Source: an uncultured Muribaculaceae bacterium
GTDB lineage: Bacteria; Bacteroidota; Bacteroidia; Bacteroidales; Muribaculaceae
NCBI GenBank assembly: GCA_902494515.1
Contig: CABUTS010000002.1
Location: forward strand, 9,912-73,911
Reading direction: 5' to 3'
DNA: 64,000 nt
Notes under the pieces: generated by a model
Told to the model about the DNA's origin: nothing
Database searches by the model: none
The model's input: only the letters and a program-made list of their open reading frames with translations
Shown: piece by piece, positions 18,297-27,410 of the stretch
Layout: each line of letters begins with the position of its first letter
How positions within the stretch are numbered: the first letter of the stretch is position 1
Made by a program: the position numbers and the translations under genes

Positions 18297-19844
18297 ATGA
18301 ACAGAATATTCACATTTCTTATCTCCCTTTTTGTACTGGGCTGCGGAACATCGTGTGCCAATGATGATGTTCCTGTTCCGGTCGATGAATCTCAAGAAAG
18401 CGCATACTTTGGTGGCCGGAAAGCACTTGTCGCTTATTTCAGTTGGGGTGGAACTACTCAACGGATGGCACAACAGATTCAGGAAATCACAGGTGCCGAC
18501 ATGTTTAGGATTGAGCCGGTTGTGCCTTATCCGACCGAATATACACCATGTACGGAAGTCGCACGCGAGGAGAAAGACAACAATGCGCGTCCGGAAATCA
18601 AGGACAGGGTGCAAAACTGGGATGACTATGATGTTGTTTTCATCGGTTGTCCCGTCTGGTGGTGGACAACCCCCATGATTATTCACACTTTTTGCGAGAG
18701 TTATGATTTCAAGGACAAGACAGTGGTTCCATTCTGCACATATGCCGCAACTTATCGCGATGAAACGCTTGCAGAGATTGTGAACAGTACGCCCGATGCC
18801 GCCCACCTTACTGGCGAAGGTCTGACAAGCGGACGTATCAATCGTTCCACGATACAGACATGGATTGACCTTATCAACGAGGAGTGGAACAACAATAATC
18901 CATCCGGTTCCGGCGATGCCGTGCTGACCGGAAAGGTCAATCTTTGGGAGAAAGGAAACATTCCTACAGTCACCCACAATGTGAATAATTCCGACGGGCC
19001 TGATTTTATTCCAAACATGGAAGTGTTTACAGTTGACGAATCCGTAACTCCAAAAGGCGCGGTCATTATCTGTCCCGGAGGCGCTTTCGCGTTCCGCAGT
19101 ATGCAGAATGAAGGCTATGACATTGCCGATATGCTTGTGCCTATGGGTTATCAATGCTTTATCGTCAATTATCGCATCCAGCCTTATACGATGAGAGAAA
19201 GCGCGACCGATCTTCAGCGTGCCATACGTTATGTTCGTGCCCATGCTGACGAATATCGCATAAATCCTGAAAACATAGCTTTGGTTGGCTTCTCGGCAGG
19301 GGGCATCCTTAACGGCGAAGTCCTTTTGAACTGGCGTGATCTGACAAACGGCACTGCGCTTGACAGCTCTTATCGCCCCGATGCTTTGGACAATGTACCC
19401 GTTTCGGCTTGTGCCGTAGGCATGATTTACTCTTTCTACGGAAGGTTGAGTGTTTCTATGAATGATGTAACCACACTTCGCGCCGCAAATCTCCCTCCGG
19501 CTTTCTATTGCTGGGGAACACGCGACGGATTTGCCGGACAGTTCACTCAGAACGCCAATGCGGTCGAAGAAGCGGGCTGCACTGTAGAGAGAAAGATTTT
19601 GCAGGGTTATCCTCACGGATATGGTTCCGGTGGCAATGCCGGTGTCTGGGGAAATGATTTTGACGCTTTCCTGACAAAAATCATGTCTGGCAATTCAGGC
19701 ATAGCGGATATAATATCGGATATGTCTGATAGCGGCGAAACAAAGATTTACGACCTTAACGGGATTGAGGTAAATACCGATAATCCCCGACATGGCATAT
19801 ACATTGTGAGGAACGAAAAAGAATCCAAGAAAGTCATATTATAA
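18297..19844 (+). CDS. flavodoxin-alpha/beta hydrolase fusion with signal peptide and T9SS-like tail
   Basis: N-terminal flavodoxin closely similar to the upstream gene, then CPGGAF, GFSAGG, HGYG; tail IYDLNG..GIYIVR..KKVIL. Confidence 0.85.
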   Translation: MNRIFTFLISLFVLGCGTSCANDDVPVPVDESQESAYFGGRKALVAYFSWGGTTQRMAQQIQEITGADMFRIEPVVPYPTEYTPCTEVAREEKDNNARPEIKDRVQNWDDYDVVFIGCPVWWWTTPMIIHTFCESYDFKDKTVVPFCTYAATYRDETLAEIVNSTPDAAHLTGEGLTSGRINRSTIQTWIDLINEEWNNNNPSGSGDAVLTGKVNLWEKGNIPTVTHNVNNSDGPDFIPNMEVFTVDESVTPKGAVIICPGGAFAFRSMQNEGYDIADMLVPMGYQCFIVNYRIQPYTMRESATDLQRAIRYVRAHADEYRINPENIALVGFSAGGILNGEVLLNWRDLTNGTALDSSYRPDALDNVPVSACAVGMIYSFYGRLSVSMNDVTTLRAANLPPAFYCWGTRDGFAGQFTQNANAVEEAGCTVERKILQGYPHGYGSGGNAGVWGNDFDAFLTKIMSGNSGIADIISDMSDSGETKIYDLNGIEVNTDNPRHGIYIVRNEKESKKVIL

Positions 19845-19846
19845 AA

Positions 19847-20851
19847 ATGTCAATGAAATACAGAAAAATCGGTCAGCTTGAGGTGTCTGCCGTAGGTCTG
19901 GGGTGTATGGGCATGAGCCACGGATACGGCGCTCCGGCAGACAAGTCTGATATGACGGAATTGTTAGCATATGCAGTCGATATGGGCTACACCTTATTCG
20001 ACACCGCAGAGCTTTATGGCACTCCCGATGATCCTCATGCCAATGAAGAACTTCTCGGCAATGCTCTGAAACAATATCGTGACAAAATAGTCATTGCCAC
20101 AAAGTTCGGAGTTTCGTTCCAAGACCCCAATGCACCGGGACCTCAACCGATAGTGCCTGATGCGTCACCCGAGACTATACGCAAATCTATTGAAGGCTCT
20201 CTTAAAAGATTGCAGACCGACCACATAGATCTCTACTATCAGCACCGGATTGACCCTGCTGTAGAGCCAGAGAAGGTTGCCGAAACAATGTCGGAATTGA
20301 TGCGTGAAGGTAAAATACTGCACTGGGGCATTTCGGAGGCTAACGAGCAGTATCTCCGTCGCGCCCATGCCGTCTGCCCTGTTACAGCAGTTCAGAACCG
20401 TTATTCGATGATGGCCCGGTGGCATGAAGATTTGTTTCCCGTGCTTGAAGAACTCAACATCGGCTTTGTGGCGTTTTCGCCTCTTGCCAACGGCCTCCTG
20501 ACCGAGAACTACGATGCCGGCTTCAAATTTGACGGTAAAACGGATTACAGGGCTGCAATGCCTCAGTTCCGGAAAGAAAGTTTTGAGAAGAACAGAGGGC
20601 TGTTTGAATTTATTCATAACCTTGCCGATGAGAAACATGCCACTCCCTCGCAGATTTCGCTGGCTTGGATGCTCTGCAAAAAGCCGTGGATTGTGCCTAT
20701 ACCCGGCACCCGACATCTTTGTCGCCTGAAAGAAAACGCCGGAGCTGCCGATGTGAGCCTTTCACAAGAAGAAATCGCCATGATTGACGAGGCTCTCAAC
20801 GGAATTACGATGAGTGAGGTGTTTGGCGGCTCTAAAATCGTAAAAGACTGA
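19847..20851 (+). CDS. aldo/keto reductase
   Basis: GLGCMGMS, DTAELYG, DLYYQHR, PIPGT. Confidence 0.92.
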   Translation: MSMKYRKIGQLEVSAVGLGCMGMSHGYGAPADKSDMTELLAYAVDMGYTLFDTAELYGTPDDPHANEELLGNALKQYRDKIVIATKFGVSFQDPNAPGPQPIVPDASPETIRKSIEGSLKRLQTDHIDLYYQHRIDPAVEPEKVAETMSELMREGKILHWGISEANEQYLRRAHAVCPVTAVQNRYSMMARWHEDLFPVLEELNIGFVAFSPLANGLLTENYDAGFKFDGKTDYRAAMPQFRKESFEKNRGLFEFIHNLADEKHATPSQISLAWMLCKKPWIVPIPGTRHLCRLKENAGAADVSLSQEEIAMIDEALNGITMSEVFGGSKIVKD

Positions 20852-20877
20852 AACGACCATTAAATTAAACTGTTAGC

Positions 20878-21831
20878 ATGAAGAAATTTGCAATTAAGAC
20901 AATAGCGTTTTTAATGATATTCGTTCATTCTGTAAATACCTGCCTTGCAGAAGATACATATAAAAACGGCATACCATACGTCACACTTAACAACGGTCAA
21001 CAAATGCCACGTTTCGGAATCGGTACTTTTAATGTTCCCGGCGACACCGTGGCTGCCGATGCCGTGACTTTCGCACTGAAAAACGGTTATCGTCACATAG
21101 ACACCGCCCATGCCTACCGTGTGGAACGTGGCGTGGGGCAGGCTATAAAGGATAGCGGTGTGCCCCGTGAAGAAATCTGGGTGACCAGCAAACTGTGGCC
21201 CAGTGAATATGGCGAGGAAGAATCGGCTGTCGCAATTGACCGTATGCTTGACCGCCTCGGACTGGACTATATAGACCTCCTGTATGTGCATCAACCGATG
21301 GGCGATTGGCGCGGAGCATGGAGAGCAATGGAGAAAGCGGTCGCGGACGGTAAGGTTAGGTCGCTTGGCTTAAGCAACTTCGATGCGGCAGATTCTCTTT
21401 ATACTGCGGCTCTCGAATGGGCTAAAATCAAACCGGCTGTCATGCAGATTGAATGTCACCCTTACGCACAACGTGTTGAATGGGCAAAGAAACTCGCAAA
21501 TGATTCAATTGTTCTTGAGGCTTGGTTTCCTCTCGGAGGAGCCATGAGTAACGGTGCGTTATTCAAAGACCCGATGATACAGGAGATTGCGGCTGCACAC
21601 GGCAAGACGCCTGCACAAATCATTTTACGCTGGCACATTCAGGAGGGCCATTCTGCAATTCCCGGAGCCACCGATTACGGTTACATAACCGAAAATATAG
21701 ACATTTTCGATTTTGAGCTGACTCCGTTCGAGATGGAACAGATGCGTAAACTGAATAAGGAACAGCGTTTCTTCAATATGGATTACAAACAGGCAGAGCA
21801 GTTTATGCTCAACTGGAAAATGGACGATTAA
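20878..21831 (+). CDS. aldo/keto reductase (DkgA-like) with signal-peptide-like extension
   Basis: GYRHIDTAHAY, TSKLW, DLLYVHQP, GLSNF. Confidence 0.9.
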   Translation: MKKFAIKTIAFLMIFVHSVNTCLAEDTYKNGIPYVTLNNGQQMPRFGIGTFNVPGDTVAADAVTFALKNGYRHIDTAHAYRVERGVGQAIKDSGVPREEIWVTSKLWPSEYGEEESAVAIDRMLDRLGLDYIDLLYVHQPMGDWRGAWRAMEKAVADGKVRSLGLSNFDAADSLYTAALEWAKIKPAVMQIECHPYAQRVEWAKKLANDSIVLEAWFPLGGAMSNGALFKDPMIQEIAAAHGKTPAQIILRWHIQEGHSAIPGATDYGYITENIDIFDFELTPFEMEQMRKLNKEQRFFNMDYKQAEQFMLNWKMDD

Positions 21832-21833
21832 GC

Positions 21834-22541
21834 ATGATACCGAAAGTAATATGCCATATTATGAGTTCAGTTGACGGCAGGCTTTTACCGGGTCGCTGGA
21901 CTCCACCTTTTGACGGAACAGATTCCGCAAATCTGTTCGCTGAATATGCCGCAATCGGCAAGAACCTGAAAACCGACGCATGGATGTTTGGCAAAACAAC
22001 CACACGGGAGGCATTTCCATATAAATTCATGCCCAAAAGTTCTGAACATCCCCACGCCGGTACCGTACACATCGGCAATCGCAATTCATCAAGGTTGTTT
22101 ATAACCGTTGACCCTGATGCCGACATATTCTATACTTCCGACAGGTTGCGCGGTGACAACATCGTTGTCATATTGGGAACCAATGCTACAACGGATTATC
22201 TGGAAATGCTTCAGGAAAAGGGAATTTCCTACATAGTTTTAGCAGATTCAACCAATCTGTGCGAGGCGATGGAGTTACTTCATGAAAATTTCGGAATAAA
22301 CTCTATATCGCTTCAGGGCGGAGGCATAATCAACGGAGCCATGCTTGCTGCCGGCTTGATTGACGAGTTGAGCCTCGTCATTTATCCGGGCATTGACGGA
22401 CTTACAACCTCTCCATCTGTTTTTGAGTATCTTGGAGCCTCCGACGAACTGCCGGCATCAGGACAATCATTGGAACTGTTGTCTGCCGAGTCCCGTGATA
22501 ATGGTATTGTATGGCTTCGATACAGATTTCATAAAATTTAA
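21834..22541 (+). CDS. RibD C-terminal/dihydrofolate reductase-fold protein
   Basis: [33 protein letters not shown]. Confidence 0.85.
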   Translation: MIPKVICHIMSSVDGRLLPGRWTPPFDGTDSANLFAEYAAIGKNLKTDAWMFGKTTTREAFPYKFMPKSSEHPHAGTVHIGNRNSSRLFITVDPDADIFYTSDRLRGDNIVVILGTNATTDYLEMLQEKGISYIVLADSTNLCEAMELLHENFGINSISLQGGGIINGAMLAAGLIDELSLVIYPGIDGLTTSPSVFEYLGASDELPASGQSLELLSAESRDNGIVWLRYRFHKI

Positions 22542-23668
22542 TGACTCTTGAAATAATGAATAGAAAACTGTTAGCCGGTGCTACTTGTGTAATGATATGC
22601 TCATCGGTTGCATTGGCTCAAAAATCAAATGATATGACTGACAAACCAATTTTTGAAGATGTAGCCGTTGAGGATGCTCTCTCATACAAGGGCAATCCTT
22701 ACGGGCTTGTGTATGACAACGCAATCACCTCCAACGAACCGGGGCGGGTGAATATCCACCCGATTGCCTATGACCTTAACGGACTTCGTATAGCCGCCAA
22801 CGTTTATACTCCGGCCGATTATGACCCGTCAAAGAAATATCCAGCTCTCGTAGTCGCACATCCCAACGGGGGAACAAAGGAACAGGTAGCGGGAAACTAT
22901 GCACAGATAATGGCCGGCAAGGGCTATATCACTCTCGCCTTTGATGCCGCATATCAGGGAGCCAGCGAGGGTAAACCGCGCAATACAGACAAACCCGCAA
23001 ACCGAGTGGAAGACATACACCGTGCCGCTGATATTCTCGCCACATATCCCGGTGTGGATGCCGACCGCATGGGAATACTCGGCATTTGTGGCGGCGGTGG
23101 CTATACCGCCAAAGCCGCACAGACCGACAAGCGTTTCAAGGCTGTGGCAACACTAAGTCTTTTCAACTCCGGCCTCGTTCGTCGCAATGGTTTCCTTGAT
23201 TCGCAGATCAATCAGATTCAGGAACGACTTGCCGATGCCTGCGCTGCCCGTCAGCGAGAGGCCGAAGGTGGCGAGATTGAATATATCGGCGATATGAGCG
23301 GGGTTACTCCTGAACAGGCAGCAAAACTGCCGTTTGATCTCTATCGTGAAGGTTACGATTATTATATCGTGAACTATGCGCATCCCAATTCCACATTCCG
23401 CTATACCAAGAGTAGTCTTATCGACCTTATGGACTGGGACGCCTCCGAAGGGATGCAGCTTATCAATGTGCCTCTCCTGATGATTGCCGGTAAAAATGCC
23501 GACACTCTCTATATGTCGGAGCAATGTCTGAGCAAAGCGACAGGAACATCGGATAAGGAATTGTTCCTTGTTCCCGGAGCGACACATATCCAGACATACT
23601 TCGTCCCGGAATACGTTGAAATCGTGACAGACAAACTGACCGAGTTTTTCAATAAAAATCTTCAATAA
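22541..23668 (+). CDS. exported alpha/beta hydrolase, dienelactone-hydrolase-like (Cys nucleophile)
   Basis: [31 protein letters not shown]. Confidence 0.85.
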   Translation: MTLEIMNRKLLAGATCVMICSSVALAQKSNDMTDKPIFEDVAVEDALSYKGNPYGLVYDNAITSNEPGRVNIHPIAYDLNGLRIAANVYTPADYDPSKKYPALVVAHPNGGTKEQVAGNYAQIMAGKGYITLAFDAAYQGASEGKPRNTDKPANRVEDIHRAADILATYPGVDADRMGILGICGGGGYTAKAAQTDKRFKAVATLSLFNSGLVRRNGFLDSQINQIQERLADACAARQREAEGGEIEYIGDMSGVTPEQAAKLPFDLYREGYDYYIVNYAHPNSTFRYTKSSLIDLMDWDASEGMQLINVPLLMIAGKNADTLYMSEQCLSKATGTSDKELFLVPGATHIQTYFVPEYVEIVTDKLTEFFNKNLQ

Positions 23669-23743
23669 CCGAAAAAAGTGCAAGTGCGGCTGGAAAAAGT
23701 ATAAATCCGTCCGCCTTGCACTTTGGTTTATATCCCTGTAATT

Positions 23744-24319
23744 ATGAAATTGATTAAATCACTGGTTGTATTCATCTCTGCAACTCTGTTGTCATGCACA
23801 GCGACAGCCGGGAAACAGAATGATGCCGACAACACTTCAAACAACGAGAATATGAAATCAGTAATAGTTTATTTCACGCACTCCGGAAACACGGAGCTTG
23901 CCGCAAAAGAAATAGCGGATGTTACAGGCGCCAAGATGATACGTCTTTTGCCTGAACAGCCCTATACTTCCGAGGATATTGACTGGACAGTGGAGACCTC
24001 CCGATGCACAGTGGAGCACAAAGACCAGTCGCTTCGTCCGGCTATCAAGCCCGTGGATGTCAACTTCGCTGAGGTTGACACTGTATTCATCGGTTTCCCG
24101 ATCTGGTGGCACGAGGAACCTGCCGTTATCCGCACATTCCTTGACAACTACCGCGAACAGCTCAAAGACAAAGTGCTTTATCCGTTCTGCACCTCATACG
24201 AAAGCCCGATGTCGGAGGCTGATACAAACCTGCACAAAGGTTATCCGTCGCTCAATTGGAAAACGGGTCTCAGGCTCCCTGCAAAGCCGGAACAAATCAA
24301 AACATGGATTAAAAAATAA
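23744..24319 (+). CDS. flavodoxin lipoprotein
   Basis: Lipobox LLSC, YFTHSGNT, IGFPIWW, PFCTS. Confidence 0.85.
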   Translation: MKLIKSLVVFISATLLSCTATAGKQNDADNTSNNENMKSVIVYFTHSGNTELAAKEIADVTGAKMIRLLPEQPYTSEDIDWTVETSRCTVEHKDQSLRPAIKPVDVNFAEVDTVFIGFPIWWHEEPAVIRTFLDNYREQLKDKVLYPFCTSYESPMSEADTNLHKGYPSLNWKTGLRLPAKPEQIKTWIKK

Positions 24320-24336
24320 TCTAAATACTACGGAAT

Positions 24337-25089
24337 ATGTATAATTTCAACGGAAAGACTGCTCTTGTAACAGGCGGAAGTTCGGGCATTGGTCGTGCAA
24401 TTGCCCGCAGACTGGCAGAGGAAGGCGCAAAGGTGCTTATCATCGCCAGAAAGGAGAATGACTTGAAAGCGACAGCCGAAGGCTATCCGAAAATATCGTA
24501 TCTTGTAGGCGACCTCACGCAGCAAGATGCTATATCTTCATTGTCAGAATACATCGCCAAGGACTTTGACGGGAAGCTGGATATTCTTGTTAATAATGCC
24601 GGATGGTGCCCGGTAAAATCCATTACCGAAGTTACTATGGCAGATTATGGCAAGGCTTTCGATCTTGATGTGCGTGCCGTTGTCGATCTGACAATAAACA
24701 CACTGCCTTACGTTCTTAAAGCAAAAGGCACAATAATTAACCTGTCAAGCATCGGCGCGACTCATGCAGCTCCCAACATATCAATGTATGTCGGGGCCAA
24801 GGCTGCGATCAGCAGCTTCACACGTGGCTGGGCACTTGACCTTGCAAAACAAGGCGTGAGAGTCAATGCTGTTGCTCCCGGTGCCGTTGAAACAAATATC
24901 TGGAATGTTCCGGGACTTACGCCCGAACAATCGGAAGCACACGAAAAGAGTATAACCTCCGGCATACCGATGGGACGCATGGCTAAACCGGAAGAAATTG
25001 CCAGCGTTGTGGCATTTCTCGCCTCGGATCAGGCAAGCTATGTGAGTGGGGCTGTGTTCGCAGTTGACGGAGCTGCCGGAGCAATGTGA
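24337..25089 (+). CDS. short-chain dehydrogenase/reductase
   Basis: TGGSSGIG, NNAG, YVGAK (YxxxK). Confidence 0.92.
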   Translation: MYNFNGKTALVTGGSSGIGRAIARRLAEEGAKVLIIARKENDLKATAEGYPKISYLVGDLTQQDAISSLSEYIAKDFDGKLDILVNNAGWCPVKSITEVTMADYGKAFDLDVRAVVDLTINTLPYVLKAKGTIINLSSIGATHAAPNISMYVGAKAAISSFTRGWALDLAKQGVRVNAVAPGAVETNIWNVPGLTPEQSEAHEKSITSGIPMGRMAKPEEIASVVAFLASDQASYVSGAVFAVDGAAGAM

Positions 25090-25103
25090 TTATAAATCAA
25101 AAT

Positions 25104-26472
25104 CAATGATTCGGTAAATTTAGAGGAAGCCCAGTCTCGGCTAAGCCGCTAATTGAGCCAACCTCTGGTTTATTTTCTGAATTATTTTGAGATGCGGAGA
25201 TTTTCCGTAAGTCGAAATAATTGTCGAGGCGAGATACGCCTCGAACATGAGCCGTTTGAACTGAGGCACTGACAGGCCGGGGTAATCCTTCCTTATAACC
25301 TCCTTACAGACATTGAGCGTGGTAAAGGAAAGATTGAACGCGAAGTCGAGCCGATCCTTGTCCCGGGTCTGCTGGGACTGAAGACCTGTGAACTGTTTGG
25401 CATCGCGTATTCCGAACTCAATCTGGAATCGTGTGCGGTAAAAGCCGATGATCCGTTGGGGAGCCATTCCGGTATCGGTTGAGAAATACACGAGGGACTC
25501 CCCGTTCTCAACAGGACATACCACAATGCGGATATTGCGTTTCAACGCTCTTGAGTTGACAACCGCAGTGTAACATTCGGTTTTGATTCCTTTTGAATCC
25601 TCATATATGAATGAAGTGAAGACCGACATATCAAGACAGGATAAATCCACTTTTTCGCCATATTTCTTAATGCGTCCGCGTCTTCGCGGTGCGGGAGGAG
25701 AGGTTATGGCCAGATACCTCAGGTATGAGTTGGACCGCAACCTCCCGACAAAGCGGAATCCCATAGCAACCACTTCATTTACAAATTCATATTTGGAGAA
25801 GAAAGCATCGGCCACCATAATATCGGTCAGAGGAAGCAACTCATCGGCCTTTGACCTGACAAGGGATATATACCAGTCGAGCATCGACATGTCCTTCTCC
25901 GGCTCAAGAGTCTTGAAGTTCGGGGTCTGTATGGCACCGAGCATTACGCAGGTGCGCTTGCTGAGGCTTATGGCTCCGATGGCCATTATCTCCAGCCCCC
26001 GTTTTACCCGCTGCGCCACCCCGGACCAGAAACGGCCTATGCCGTACGTCAGTCTGCCGGCTTTGGAGATATACGACGGATCGATTGCTATGGCGATGTC
26101 ATCTCCGTCGCCGATACTTTCACGGGCAATTCCCATGTTGACTCTCATCCAGTCAACGGATGCTTTGAAATTGGAGGCAAAGGTCTTGGCCGTACGTCCG
26201 CCATAGCGCGACAGCCGGGTGAAATTGATTTTCCCCGGAATCAACGCGACTGTGCGTATTGTTAAAACCAGCCAGTTGAGAAACCTTTTGCTCATTTTGG
26301 TTGTAGTATTTTCAAATACAGATTTGTACCGAAAGGTAAAGTCTTTGAGAATCGCCAATACGTTCATAGTCTAATGGTTTTATAATGAACGCTTTGGCGA
26401 TTCATTTATATCTGCGATATTATTATATTAACTTAATTTTCAATTACTTCGGCATTTTTTACCGAACCATTG
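25104..26472 (-). mobile_element. complete insertion sequence (DDE; IS701/ISH3-like, family uncertain), 1369 bp
   Basis: Terminal inverted repeats CAATG(A/G)TTCGGTAAA at both ends; 5-bp target duplication AAAAT at 25099-25103 and 26473-26477. Confidence 0.9.
25141..26367 (-). CDS. DDE transposase
   Basis: IAIDPS, VADAFF, YRTRFQIEFGIRDAKQ (YREK-like signature). Confidence 0.9.
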   Translation of the reverse strand: MNVLAILKDFTFRYKSVFENTTTKMSKRFLNWLVLTIRTVALIPGKINFTRLSRYGGRTAKTFASNFKASVDWMRVNMGIARESIGDGDDIAIAIDPSYISKAGRLTYGIGRFWSGVAQRVKRGLEIMAIGAISLSKRTCVMLGAIQTPNFKTLEPEKDMSMLDWYISLVRSKADELLPLTDIMVADAFFSKYEFVNEVVAMGFRFVGRLRSNSYLRYLAITSPPAPRRRGRIKKYGEKVDLSCLDMSVFTSFIYEDSKGIKTECYTAVVNSRALKRNIRIVVCPVENGESLVYFSTDTGMAPQRIIGFYRTRFQIEFGIRDAKQFTGLQSQQTRDKDRLDFAFNLSFTTLNVCKEVIRKDYPGLSVPQFKRLMFEAYLASTIISTYGKSPHLKIIQKINQRLAQLAA

Positions 26473-26485
26473 AAAATAACGAATA

Positions 26486-27334
26486 ATGGAATATACAAAA
26501 CTTAACAACGGAATGGAGATGCCGATGCTTGGCTACGGCGTCTTTCAGATACCTGATGAACAGACTGCCCAGTGTGTCGCAGATGCCCTGAGTGTCGGTT
26601 ACCGCCTTATTGACACCGCACAGGCATACGGCAACGAGAAAGGAGTCGGCGAGGGTATCAAACGAAGCGGCGTATCGCGCAGCGACATTTTCCTTGTGGA
26701 TAAAGTCTGGATGTCGCACTACGACTATGACGGAGCCAAAGCGTCTATCGACCGGTCGTTGCAACTTCTCGGCACGGACTATATAGACCTTATGCTTCTT
26801 CATCAGCCATTCGGCGATGTTTACGGCGCTTACCGTGCAATGACGGATGCACACCGAGAAGGTAAAATTCACGCACTCGGTGTGAGCAATTTCCCTGCCG
26901 ACCGGTTCATAGACTTTGCCAGTCATGTGGAGATAGCTCCCGCAGTGAATCAGGTTGAGGCAAATGTGTTCAATCAGGAGCCGGGCCTTCAGAAATGGCT
27001 TGACGAATGGGGTACGCGCATGATGGGCTGGGGGCCGCTTGCTGAAGGTAAAAACGGTTTCTTCACAAATCCCGTTCTTGAGGCTATCGGGAAGAAGTAC
27101 GGCAAGAGTGTAGCTCAGGTAGCATTGCGTTTCCTTCTCCAGCTCGGTATCATCATCATTCCAAAGAGTGTCAAGATTGAACGTATGCGCCAGAATTTCG
27201 ACCTGTTCGATTTCACGCTCGATGCAGACGATATGGCGGCAATAAAAAAACTTGATACAGGCAAACCATTCATTATCGGCTCCCATGAAGATCCCGAAGT
27301 GGTAAAATGGTTCATGCAGTTCATAAAGGACTAA
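26486..27334 (+). CDS. aldo/keto reductase (2,5-diketogluconate reductase-like)
   Basis: GYRLIDTAQAYGNE, LLHQP, GVSNF, IIPKS. Confidence 0.92.
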   Translation: MEYTKLNNGMEMPMLGYGVFQIPDEQTAQCVADALSVGYRLIDTAQAYGNEKGVGEGIKRSGVSRSDIFLVDKVWMSHYDYDGAKASIDRSLQLLGTDYIDLMLLHQPFGDVYGAYRAMTDAHREGKIHALGVSNFPADRFIDFASHVEIAPAVNQVEANVFNQEPGLQKWLDEWGTRMMGWGPLAEGKNGFFTNPVLEAIGKKYGKSVAQVALRFLLQLGIIIIPKSVKIERMRQNFDLFDFTLDADDMAAIKKLDTGKPFIIGSHEDPEVVKWFMQFIKD

Positions 27335-27360
27335 AAGGATTCCAACGTAATCCCAAAACA

Positions 27361-27410
27361 AAACATCCGGCTGAAATAGTACAAAATCCTATTCAGTCGG
27401 ATGTTTCTTT
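27361..27410. terminator. bidirectional terminator at the cargo/backbone junction
   Basis: aaacatccggctgaa / ttcagtcggatgttt inverted repeat. Confidence 0.75.

Noticed and set aside
18258..19616. Long antisense ORF (452 aa) and similar shadows (43403-44353, 43962-45125, 55062-56183, 61136-62035, 63219-63980)
   Set aside because: They lie opposite well-supported genes and have no recognisable motifs; typical codon-bias shadows
23669..23725. CCGAAAAAAGTG as another copy of the cargo promoter motif
   Set aside because: No -7 box at the fixed 25-nt spacing; it overlaps a hairpin better read as an intra-operon stem-loop
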